A stretch of 64,000 bases of DNA from an uncultured virus (IMG/VR IMGVR_UViG_3300012347_000477) (lineage: Duplodnaviria; Heunggongvirae; Uroviricota; Caudoviricetes). Made by a program: the position numbers and the translations under genes. The notes beneath the pieces are model-generated. The model did no database searches. It saw only the letters and a list, made by a program, of their open reading frames with translations, and was not told the origin of the DNA. Of this stretch, positions 56,215 through 64,000 are shown one piece after another (position 1 is the first letter of the stretch; every line of letters begins with the position of its first letter). The stretch spans positions 1 to 64,000 of the IMG/VR virus record IMGVR_UViG_3300012347_000477; one strand, written 5' to 3'.

Positions 56215-56970
56215 ATGGATTTTAAATCACTTATCCAAAAAATCGAAAGTCTTGATGACGCTATTGTAACTCCACAGGCGCCGACTTTACCTAAATCAGT
56301 ACAATTATCAGAAGGTGCACAACTTCGTGTTCTTGCTGGGCAAACTACTATTCTTGCAGAAGCTAAGACAGCAAAACAAGCTGCCGCTAAAAAAGAAGTT
56401 GCTAAAAAAGAAGTTGCTAAAAAAGAAGTTGCTAAAAAAGCAGTTGCTAAAAAAGAAGCCAACGAAAAAGCTAAAGACAAGCCAGTAGGTAAAAAATCTA
56501 CAACAACCGAAGCATACGCAGTTGACTCGTTTACTTCTAGATTTATGCAAATGGTAGAAGCTAGAAAAACTAAAAAGAAAAAACCAGATGCTGACGGTGA
56601 CGGAGTACCTGATTGGGCAGACTCCGACAGTAACTCTTCTTCTAAGAAAAAATCTACTGCTAAGAAAAAATCAACAGGCCCTGCTAAAAAACAGCTAACT
56701 CCTAAACAAGAGAAATTCTTTGGTAAGAAAAAGACTGTTAAAGAAAGCTACGAACCAAAATTAACATTTAGAGATATGGTTAGATTTGTTCAAGAAAGTG
56801 GCGGACAACAACAAATTGATCCAGTTGATCAAGAACTATGGCAATGGGCACAGCGTGTTGCTGTACAAAAATTTGTCGAAGGTGCTAAAGCAGAAATGTA
56901 TGCAGGTCTTGTATACGAACGCATGGGCGGTGTATTCGAAATGTATGATGTGTTGTCAGAGTCAAATTAA
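56215..56970 (+). CDS. Lys-rich probable internal head protein
   Basis: AKKEV repeats; PDADGDGVPDWAD; multiple xxE-A/S/G sites. Confidence 0.7.
   Translation: MDFKSLIQKIESLDDAIVTPQAPTLPKSVQLSEGAQLRVLAGQTTILAEAKTAKQAAAKKEVAKKEVAKKEVAKKAVAKKEANEKAKDKPVGKKSTTTEAYAVDSFTSRFMQMVEARKTKKKKPDADGDGVPDWADSDSNSSSKKKSTAKKKSTGPAKKQLTPKQEKFFGKKKTVKESYEPKLTFRDMVRFVQESGGQQQIDPVDQELWQWAQRVAVQKFVEGAKAEMYAGLVYERMGGVFEMYDVLSESN
56386..56460 (+). repeat. 15-bp tandem repeat GCTAAAAAAGAAGTT, ~5 copies
   Basis: Direct inspection; encodes AKKEV. Confidence 0.9.
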
Positions 56971-57010
56971 TTATTAAGAACAAATAATTAATATTACTTT
57001 GCAGTATACT

Positions 57011-57051
57011 AGCCAGTTTCAATTGACTGGCTTTTTTTATGACTGTATAAT
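57011..57051 (+). promoter_or_regulatory. terminator overlapping a sigma70 promoter
   Basis: AGCCAGT/ACTGGCT with T-run; TTGACT 57023, 17 bp, TATAAT 57046. Confidence 0.75.
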
Positions 57052-57072
57052 ATAGTTTTACAAGGAGTTTTT

Positions 57073-57339
57073 ATGACAAAGATGTATGGCCCAGAAGAAC
57101 GTGCAAAGTTAGAACGATTAATTAATGAAGGATCTAACGTCCTTCGTGAAATTGAAGATTTACGAGTGGGCTTAAAAGAGACCATTAATGCAGTAGCAGA
57201 AGAATTAGAAGTTAAACCAAGTATTATTAAAAAAGCAATTACTATTGCTCATAAAGATAACTGGAAATCACATGAAGACGAGTGGAATGAAGTAGAAATG
57301 ATTCTCGGAGTAACAAAAAACTTACCTGATGCCGATTAA
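57073..57339 (+). CDS. T4 DsbA-like dsDNA-binding protein
   Basis: KL..LI.EG......I.D....LK..I...AEEL..KP..I.K pattern. Confidence 0.5.
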   Translation: MTKMYGPEERAKLERLINEGSNVLREIEDLRVGLKETINAVAEELEVKPSIIKKAITIAHKDNWKSHEDEWNEVEMILGVTKNLPDAD

Positions 57340-57345
57340 CTTATT

Positions 57346-57522
57346 ATGGATAAAGAAATATTATTGGCAATTTTATTAAATTATTATGAATACATCAAAC
57401 ACGGAGATGCCGAGCATCAAGCGTGGTTATACAATGCTACCTTAGAATTCCATAAAAAAATTGATCTAACACAATATAATTTAAATTCAAGTATTAACAC
57501 GCATGTTGATAAACTTGTATAA
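57346..57522 (+). CDS. small hypothetical protein (58 aa)
   Basis: IKHGDAEHQAWL motif. Confidence 0.5.
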   Translation: MDKEILLAILLNYYEYIKHGDAEHQAWLYNATLEFHKKIDLTQYNLNSSINTHVDKLV

Positions 57523-57614
57523 TTAAGTATAGTAATTGCATTGCGTAATACAGAAACACACAATGCAATTTTTGATGGTATGTGTAAGCCGTAAGTTGCA
57601 CGAAGGAAAAATCA

Positions 57615-60281
57615 ATGAGTTATGTAGACGCGTTTTATGATAAATCTCAAGACATTATTAATGTCGTTGAACGAGATAGCAAAGGTATTAGGCACTTTAA
57701 AGAATACCAAGCACGCCATGTGTTTTATTACAAAGACCCAAAGGGTAAATTTCTATCAATGAAAGGAGAGCCGTTAAGTCGAGTTACTAGTAAAAATTTA
57801 AAAGAGCATCGTAAAGAAACATCTCTTTATTCTGGTAAACGATTATTCGAAAGTGACATAAATCCAATTTATAGATGTTTAGAAGACAACTATCTCAATG
57901 CTGATGCACCTAAGTTAAATGTAGCATTTTTCGACATTGAGGTAGATTTTGATCCTGAAAGAGGATATGCTGCCCCAGACGATGCGTTTATGCCAATTAC
58001 TGCTATTGCGATTCAATTACAATGGCTAGACACATTAGTATGCTTAGCTATCCCTCCAAAAACGTTATCAATGGCAGAAGCAACTCGACAAGTTGAAGAT
58101 TTTCCAAATACAATGTTATTTGATAATGAAGCAGATATGCTTGATACATTTTTAGATCTTATTCAAGATGCAGATGTTATTAGTGGATGGAACAGTGAGG
58201 GTTTTGATATTCCGTATACTGTTAATCGAGTAACTAAAGTATTAAGCAAGGAAGATACTAGACGATTTTGCTTATGGGATCAATATCCGAAACGTCGTGA
58301 GTATGAAAAATACGGCAAGGCTGCTGTAACTTACGACCTTGTTGGTCGAGTCCATTTAGATAGTCTTGAATTATATCGCAAGTATACATACGAAGAACGA
58401 CACACATACCGATTAGATGCAATCGGCGAGATGGAAGTCGGCGAAACTAAAACTGTGTATGAAGGAACTTTAGATCAACTGTATAACAATGATTTTAAAA
58501 AGTTTATTGAATATAACAGACAAGATACTGCGTTGTTAGATAAAATGGATAAGAAGTTAAAATTCTTAGATTTAGCTAATTCGATTGCTCATGAAAATAC
58601 AGTATTACTACAAACAACAATGGGTGCAGTAGCAGTAACTGAACAAGCAATTATTAACGAAGCACATCGTCGAGGCATGATTGTGCCGAATCGTATTAGT
58701 AGAGAACCAGGATCCGAACCAGCAGCAGGTGCATATGTTGCATATCCGAAAAAAGGCATTCATGAATGGATCGGATCGCTTGACATTAACTCATTGTACC
58801 CGTCTGCGATTCGTGCATTAAACATGGGGCCAGAGACAATTATTGGGCAACTTCGTCAGGATGGTACTAAAGCATTTATCGAAGCTGAAATGGCTCGAGG
58901 TCGTAGCTTTGCTGGAGCATGGGAAGGCATGTTTGGTAGCTTAGAATATGAAGCTGTCATGAAGCGCGAAGTAGGTAGGGAAGTTATTATCGACTGGGAA
59001 AATGGCGGAAGTGACACTTTATCAGCAGCACAAACACACGATTTAATTTTTGAGTCTAATCAGCCATGGATGATTTCTGCTAATGGCACTATTTTTACTT
59101 ATGAAATCGAAGGAATTATTCCAGGATTATTAAAAAGATGGTATGCCGAGCGGCAAGAAATGCAGGCTAAAAAGACAGAAGCAGCCAATGCCGGTAATAA
59201 AATTGAAGAAGAATATTGGGATAAACGACAGTTAGTTAAGAAAATTAACTTAAACAGTTTATACGGTGCTATTCTAAATCCGGGCTGTAGGTTTTTTGAT
59301 AACAGAATTGGTCAAAGTACTACCCTCACAGGCAGACAAATTGCAAAATATATGGCCGCTAAAGTTAATGAGATTATTACCGGCGAAAATGATCATACTG
59401 GTAAAGCAATTATTTACGGTGACACTGACTCATGTTATTTCTCTGCATATACAACTCTTAAAAAGGATATCGACAAGGGTCTTATTCCGTGGACTAAAGA
59501 ATCAGTTATCGAATTGTATGATACTATTGGCAGCTCAGTTAATGATACTTTTCCTAAATTTATGATGGAGGCATTTCATTGTCCAAAATCAAGAGGTAGT
59601 GTTATTGTTGCTGGTCGAGAAATTGTTGCAATTAAAGGACTGTTCATCACTAAGAAACGGTATGCTGTGTTGTATTACGATAAAGACGGAAAACGATCTG
59701 ATGTAGGTGGCAAACCTGGAAAAATTAAAGCAATGGGATTAGATTTAAAACGATCAGATACCCCAGTTGTTATTCAAGATTTTTTAAGCGAAGTATTAAC
59801 ACAGGTACTTAACGGTGCGCAAAAAGAAGAAGTGTTATCGTATATTGCAAATTTTAGAACAGAGTTTCAAACTCGACCAGGTTGGGAGAAAGGCTCACCT
59901 AAACGTGCAAATAACATAACTGCGTATCAGACCAAGGAAAAGACCCAAGGCAAAGCAAACATGCCCGGGCATGTACGAGCCAGCTTAAATTGGAATACTT
60001 TAAAACGTATGTACAATGATAAGTACTCTATGAATATTACTGATGGCGGTAAAGTTATTGTATGCAAATTAAAAGAAAACCCAATTGGGTTTACTAGTGT
60101 TGCATATCCAGTAGACGAGCTTCGATTACCTCAATGGTTTAAAGATTTGCCGTTTGCTGATGGAGAGATGGAAACAGCAGTGATCGACGAAAAGCTATCA
60201 AACTTAATTGGTGTATTAGATTGGGATCTAACATCAACACGGAACGATACTACGTTCGCTAGTTTGTTCGATATCGAATAA
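57615..60281 (+). CDS. family B DNA polymerase with 3'-5' exonuclease
   Basis: FFDIEVD, GWNSEGFD, YNRQD, DINSLYPS, KINLNSLYG, YGDTDS, KKRY. Confidence 0.97.
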   Translation: MSYVDAFYDKSQDIINVVERDSKGIRHFKEYQARHVFYYKDPKGKFLSMKGEPLSRVTSKNLKEHRKETSLYSGKRLFESDINPIYRCLEDNYLNADAPKLNVAFFDIEVDFDPERGYAAPDDAFMPITAIAIQLQWLDTLVCLAIPPKTLSMAEATRQVEDFPNTMLFDNEADMLDTFLDLIQDADVISGWNSEGFDIPYTVNRVTKVLSKEDTRRFCLWDQYPKRREYEKYGKAAVTYDLVGRVHLDSLELYRKYTYEERHTYRLDAIGEMEVGETKTVYEGTLDQLYNNDFKKFIEYNRQDTALLDKMDKKLKFLDLANSIAHENTVLLQTTMGAVAVTEQAIINEAHRRGMIVPNRISREPGSEPAAGAYVAYPKKGIHEWIGSLDINSLYPSAIRALNMGPETIIGQLRQDGTKAFIEAEMARGRSFAGAWEGMFGSLEYEAVMKREVGREVIIDWENGGSDTLSAAQTHDLIFESNQPWMISANGTIFTYEIEGIIPGLLKRWYAERQEMQAKKTEAANAGNKIEEEYWDKRQLVKKINLNSLYGAILNPGCRFFDNRIGQSTTLTGRQIAKYMAAKVNEIITGENDHTGKAIIYGDTDSCYFSAYTTLKKDIDKGLIPWTKESVIELYDTIGSSVNDTFPKFMMEAFHCPKSRGSVIVAGREIVAIKGLFITKKRYAVLYYDKDGKRSDVGGKPGKIKAMGLDLKRSDTPVVIQDFLSEVLTQVLNGAQKEEVLSYIANFRTEFQTRPGWEKGSPKRANNITAYQTKEKTQGKANMPGHVRASLNWNTLKRMYNDKYSMNITDGGKVIVCKLKENPIGFTSVAYPVDELRLPQWFKDLPFADGEMETAVIDEKLSNLIGVLDWDLTSTRNDTTFASLFDIE

Positions 60282-60290
60282 AATTAAATG

Positions 60291-60337
60291 AAAATGATAG
60301 ATAGACTATTGACTTTCTATCATTTTATTAGTATAAT
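60291..60337 (+). promoter_or_regulatory. inverted repeat enclosing the -35 of a sigma70 promoter
   Basis: AAAATGATAG/CTATCATTTT; TTGACT 60309, 17 bp, TATAAT 60332. Confidence 0.7.
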
Positions 60338-60363
60338 ATATTATAATTTACAAAGGAAATCAA

Positions 60364-61101
60364 ATGAAAAATATTTTACAAGACGTTGTTAGCCACACAC
60401 AAAACTTGGGTTTTTTAACAATTGTTAAAGTTACAGGCACAGCTGAAAAAACAGTAATCAATTCAATGGCAGACGATCGTTCTGTTATTATGGATGCTGA
60501 AACTAAAGCACCGTATCCAGAAATGATCGGTGTATTTGGTATGCCCCAACTTAATAAGCTTAAATTCTTATTAGAAGGTAACGAGTATAAAGAAGATGCA
60601 AAGATTTCAATTGTATCTGCTGTACGTAACGACGAAACTATTCCAGTTGGCATTCATTTTGAAAATAAACACGGAGACTTTAAAAACGACTATCGCTTTA
60701 TGAACACCGAAATCATTAATGAAAAAATGAAAACATTAAAGTTTCGAGGTGTAAGATGGGACGTCGAAGTTGAGCCAACAGTTGCTGCCGTACAGCGATT
60801 TAACTTTCAAGCAGGTGCAAATAGTGAGCACCCTACGTTTTTAGCTAAAACAGACGGTGATAAATTAAAATTCATTTTTGGCGATGTTAGCACTCACGGC
60901 GGCGAATTTATTTTTGCAACAGATGTCACTGGCAAGCTTGATAAAGGATGGACATGGCCTGTTAGCTCTATTTTAGCAATTCTTAAAATTGCAGATGTCA
61001 ATAACACTAAGATGTCGTTAAGCAACGAAGGCGCCATCAAGATCACCCTCGATAGCGGTATTGCTACTTACAATTACATTATTCCAGCTCAAGCAAACTA
61101 A
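60364..61101 (+). CDS. probable sliding clamp (gp45/PCNA-like)
   Basis: ~245-aa two-domain alpha/beta pattern ending YNYIIPA; next to polB; clamp loader present. Confidence 0.5.
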   Translation: MKNILQDVVSHTQNLGFLTIVKVTGTAEKTVINSMADDRSVIMDAETKAPYPEMIGVFGMPQLNKLKFLLEGNEYKEDAKISIVSAVRNDETIPVGIHFENKHGDFKNDYRFMNTEIINEKMKTLKFRGVRWDVEVEPTVAAVQRFNFQAGANSEHPTFLAKTDGDKLKFIFGDVSTHGGEFIFATDVTGKLDKGWTWPVSSILAILKIADVNNTKMSLSNEGAIKITLDSGIATYNYIIPAQAN

Positions 61102-61105
61102 TACA

Positions 61106-61447
61106 ATGAATCAGTTTTTATATACATCTCGATATAATCCCAATCTCTATTCGTCGTCTAACAATCCAGCGATCGGGCAAGTACAGTTTGTAAATAACAT
61201 GTTATGCGTGTATGATGGTTACAACTGGCAATCTATGCCTCAGTTTATAACTGAAGTTCACATGTCGTCAACGGCCGACGATGCTATCAACTGGGCATAC
61301 AAAAAAATGCTCGAAGAGCAACAACTTGCCGAACTTGCTAAATCAAATCACGCAGTACATAATGCATTGTTAGCACTAAACGATGCCAAGTCAAAATTAA
61401 ATGTTATAGTAGCATTATCAAAGGATACTAATGAAGTCGTCAGTTAA
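61106..61447 (+). CDS. hypothetical protein
   Basis: VYDG..WQ..AINWA.KKM.EE motif. Confidence 0.65.
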   Translation: MNQFLYTSRYNPNLYSSSNNPAIGQVQFVNNMLCVYDGYNWQSMPQFITEVHMSSTADDAINWAYKKMLEEQQLAELAKSNHAVHNALLALNDAKSKLNVIVALSKDTNEVVS

Positions 61448-62973
61448 TTTATCTCCGCTACAACGGGATTATGCCGTATACCTTCCGGCTATCAGCTCTT
61501 TTTATAGCACATATATTGCAAAGCAGAGGCTAGAAGAATTTATTCCTAAAGATAGAATTCCTGCAGGGTTTGATCGAGGGGTTGAAGGTATGAACTTCTT
61601 AAATCCAGAAGAAGGATATTTTACATATAAATACGGCCTGTATTCTGCAGGTCACGCTCANNNNNNNNNNACTTGATTTACAAAAGAGCATGGTCCAAGA
61701 AAGCATGATTCAGCAGAGAGATCGTGGTAATACAATGATTCTCGGCGATTCAGGTGGTTATCAAATTGGTAAAGGTGTTCTTAAATTTGATTGGCTTAAT
61801 TTCGAAGGCCCTGCTGCTAATAAAACTCGTCAAAGTATCTTAGAATGGTTAGAATTGACTGCTGATTGGTCAATGATGTTAGACGTTCCTACATGGGCAT
61901 GCGATCATATCCATAGCCCTAAAACCGGGTTAAAAACGTTTGACGACTGCCTCGATAAGACAAGATTTAATAATGATTACTTTTTATCTAATCGTCTTGG
62001 CCAAACAAAATGGCTTAATGTGTTGCAAGGTAGCGATTGGGACACTGCTGAAAAGTGGTATCAAGGTGTAAAGGAATTTAGTGATCCAAAAGGCAAATAC
62101 GCAGGCCGCGAAGCCGAAGGATGGGCAATGGGTGGTGCAAATATGTGTAAAATGCCAATTGCATTACGTAGGTTAATTACACTTAAATTTGACGGCTTAC
62201 TCGAAGGCAAAGATTGGATGCATTTCTTGGGTACTGCACAGTTAGATTGGAGTTGTTATCTTACACTGATTCAACGACAAGTTCGCAAAACAATCAATCC
62301 GAATTTTACAATTAGCTTTGATTGTGCTAGCCCGTTTATTGCAACTGCACACGGATTAGTATATACTAATGCACAACACACTAATAAGCGGTGGAGTGTT
62401 ATTATGGACAAGGCTCCTGATAACAAAGCATTAGCAAAAAGCGATATTCCGTTTCCGTTTGAAAGCGAATTTGGTCGCAGACTTACTATGGGAGACATTT
62501 GTCATTATGCCCCGGGCATGTTAAATAAAATTAACAAAGAAGGAAAAACTTCTTGGGATAGCTTTGCATATGCATTAATGATGGGTCATAACGTGTACTG
62601 TCATATTGTTGCAGTACAACGTGCAAATCACTTAATGGATATCGAAACTGCAAAACATAAGCCAGACTGGAGACGCTGGACTAAACCTGGCAGCAAAGAA
62701 GTAAACATGCATGAATATAGCGATTGGGTTCCTCGCAATATTTTGTACTTCAACACATTTGTAGAAGAATTATTTGCATGCGGCACTAAAGACGAAGCAT
62801 TTCAAATGATTAAAGACGGCGAATTTTTCTTAAAAAATCTCGAAGGTGCAAGACTTCGAGGCGGCATTACTAATGAGTTTAATCGTTTATTTGTCGAAGA
62901 CAATGACGAGTCATGGGATAATGACCGAGAAGATACTGCATTAGATAATTTAGAATCTCAATTTAAAGATTAA
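61431..62973 (+). CDS. TGT-fold transglycosylase (DpdA-like), split by an assembly gap
   Basis: GDSGGYQ, MMLDVP, LNVLQG, GWAMGG, HFLG, SFDCASP; removing the Ns joins GHA-QLDLQKSM in frame. Confidence 0.75.
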
Positions 62974-62977
62974 AAAA

Positions 62978-63001
62978 TAAAGCCGAGGGTACTCGGCTTT
63001 A
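62978..63001 (+). terminator. terminator hairpin
   Basis: TAAAGCCGAG-GGTA-CTCGGCTTTA. Confidence 0.7.
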
Positions 63002-63002
63002 G

Positions 63003-63031
63003 TTGACATGCTACATTATTTGTGTTATAAT
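63003..63031 (+). promoter_or_regulatory. sigma70-type promoter
   Basis: TTGACA-17bp-TATAAT. Confidence 0.8.
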
Positions 63032-63058
63032 TAACTATGTTAAACAAACAAAGAGTAT

Positions 63059-63598
63059 ATGAAAAGACAATACGCATCTGGTACAACAACAAATGTTACA
63101 ATTTTTGTAGGTGTTGAAGTTGAAAAAACTCCAGCATACAAAATGAAAACATTGTTTGTTGTTGGCTTGCATGATCACACAGACTTAGTACAATATGTTG
63201 CATCTGCAGACGATCATGTAGAGCATATTTACTTCGGAGCAAATCAAAGCTTTAATAGTGAAATTAGTGATTCTGATTTATTAAAATGGAGTAATATGAT
63301 TACTCCGTGGCTCGAAAGCGGAATTTGGTGTACATTAGACTTTGATGTAACATTAGTAGAAAAAGTAATGGCAACTAGCCTTTGCAAATATCGAAATTTT
63401 ATTCCTCAAATCTCAGTTAAATTACCTAAATTGCAAAATTTAGGGTATAATGCAACACTTAAAATAGACGATACTGGATTTGCAGAATCTAACCCAGGTG
63501 TATGGTGTCATCAATTAAACGAGTTACTTGTAAGAGACAAATTTACATCTTGGGATCAATACGGCACCGATTTAATTATTAAACAGGAATTAAAATGA
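63059..63598 (+). CDS. hypothetical protein
   Basis: F.G.EVE.TPA..M.TLFV, HIYFGANQS, KIDD..F..SNPGVW. Confidence 0.75.
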   Translation: MKRQYASGTTTNVTIFVGVEVEKTPAYKMKTLFVVGLHDHTDLVQYVASADDHVEHIYFGANQSFNSEISDSDLLKWSNMITPWLESGIWCTLDFDVTLVEKVMATSLCKYRNFIPQISVKLPKLQNLGYNATLKIDDTGFAESNPGVWCHQLNELLVRDKFTSWDQYGTDLIIKQELK

Positions 63599-63795
63599 AA
63601 GAATTTACAGTAAAAGAAAATGATGCATTTAGAGTACGTGTTAAAAAATACGCCTGCGCATCGCCCTCCGACTTGTATGCAATTGATGTAATTAAAGAAG
63701 AGTTACACAGTGGTACCGTAACACTTAGTACTACTAATCGATTACTTATGACTGAACAAGAAATTAAAACATTAGCTCAAGGATTATTAGCGTGA
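63595..63795 (+). CDS. hypothetical protein
   Basis: 66-aa coupled ORF. Confidence 0.6.
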   Translation: MKEFTVKENDAFRVRVKKYACASPSDLYAIDVIKEELHSGTVTLSTTNRLLMTEQEIKTLAQGLLA

Positions 63796-64000
63796 ATATC
63801 CCCGTAGATCTCCGCCCAAGTGTAAAGACTTTTATTAAAGTTCGAACTGAATTTGAAGGCTTCCATCACTACCCTAACGCTGGAAAAATTGATCCTCGTA
63901 TCGAGTTTCTTGAACATGAGCATCGACACATGTTTAAAGTTGAAGTGACTATTTCAGTTACACATACTGATAGAGAATTAGAATTTTTCTTAGTCAAATG
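63792..64000 (+). CDS. QueD/T-fold-like protein (partial, runs off window)
   Basis: EGFHHYPNA..FL.H.HRH.F.V.V.I.V.H.DR..EF. Confidence 0.55.
   Translation, partial: MNIPVDLRPSVKTFIKVRTEFEGFHHYPNAGKIDPRIEFLEHEHRHMFKVEVTISVTHTDRELEFFLVK

Noticed and set aside
18895..60281. Introns, inteins or homing endonucleases in the topoisomerase, clamp loader and polB genes
   Set aside because: Proteins are of normal length and no splicing motifs are seen.
61661..61670. Apparent split of the TGT-like gene
   Set aside because: N-gap artefact; removing the Ns gives an in-frame join.
1..64000. Stop-codon reassignment
   Set aside because: Long genes are intact in the standard code, TAG and TGA end genes at expected positions, and no suppressor tRNA is seen.

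Overview
A 64-kb, AT-rich, gene-dense segment of a large lytic dsDNA tailed phage with T4-like or jumbo-phage features, read in the standard genetic code. Layout from left to right: (1) a tRNA array interleaved with 2OG-Fe(II) oxygenase genes; (2) host-takeover genes (RNAP omega subunit, a TROVE/Ro60-like vWA protein, WGR, PspA-like, SBP-LysM, kinase, desaturase); (3) nucleotide and DNA metabolism (DHFR, ThyA, two topoisomerase II subunits, QueD, UvsE); (4) a baseplate/tail-fibre block ending in a subtilase; (5) a DnaE fragment, GroES, UDP-glucose dehydrogenase, clamp loader and PhoH; (6) a lysis cassette; (7) DnaJ and ClpA; (8) probable internal head proteins; (9) family B DNA polymerase, a probable clamp and a TGT/DpdA-like 7-deazaguanine locus. 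Main finding: a repeated small RNA scaffold (7-bp stem AGnnnnn/nnnnnCT-G followed by NTW-CAGCA). It sits 6 nt behind tRNA CCA ends and displays a 5-bp stem with a 7-nt tRNA anticodon-like loop (Lys-UUU in one copy, Ser-UGA-like in the other). The same scaffold, with compensatory stem changes and no anticodon arm, sits directly against the ribosome-binding site of the Ro60/TROVE-like gene. This suggests an anticodon-decoy ribonucleoprotein with autoregulation. Also present: a tRNA-like gene lacking a canonical anticodon arm, and a ~250-nt multi-hairpin ncRNA candidate. All protein calls come from motifs read by eye; no database searches were run.
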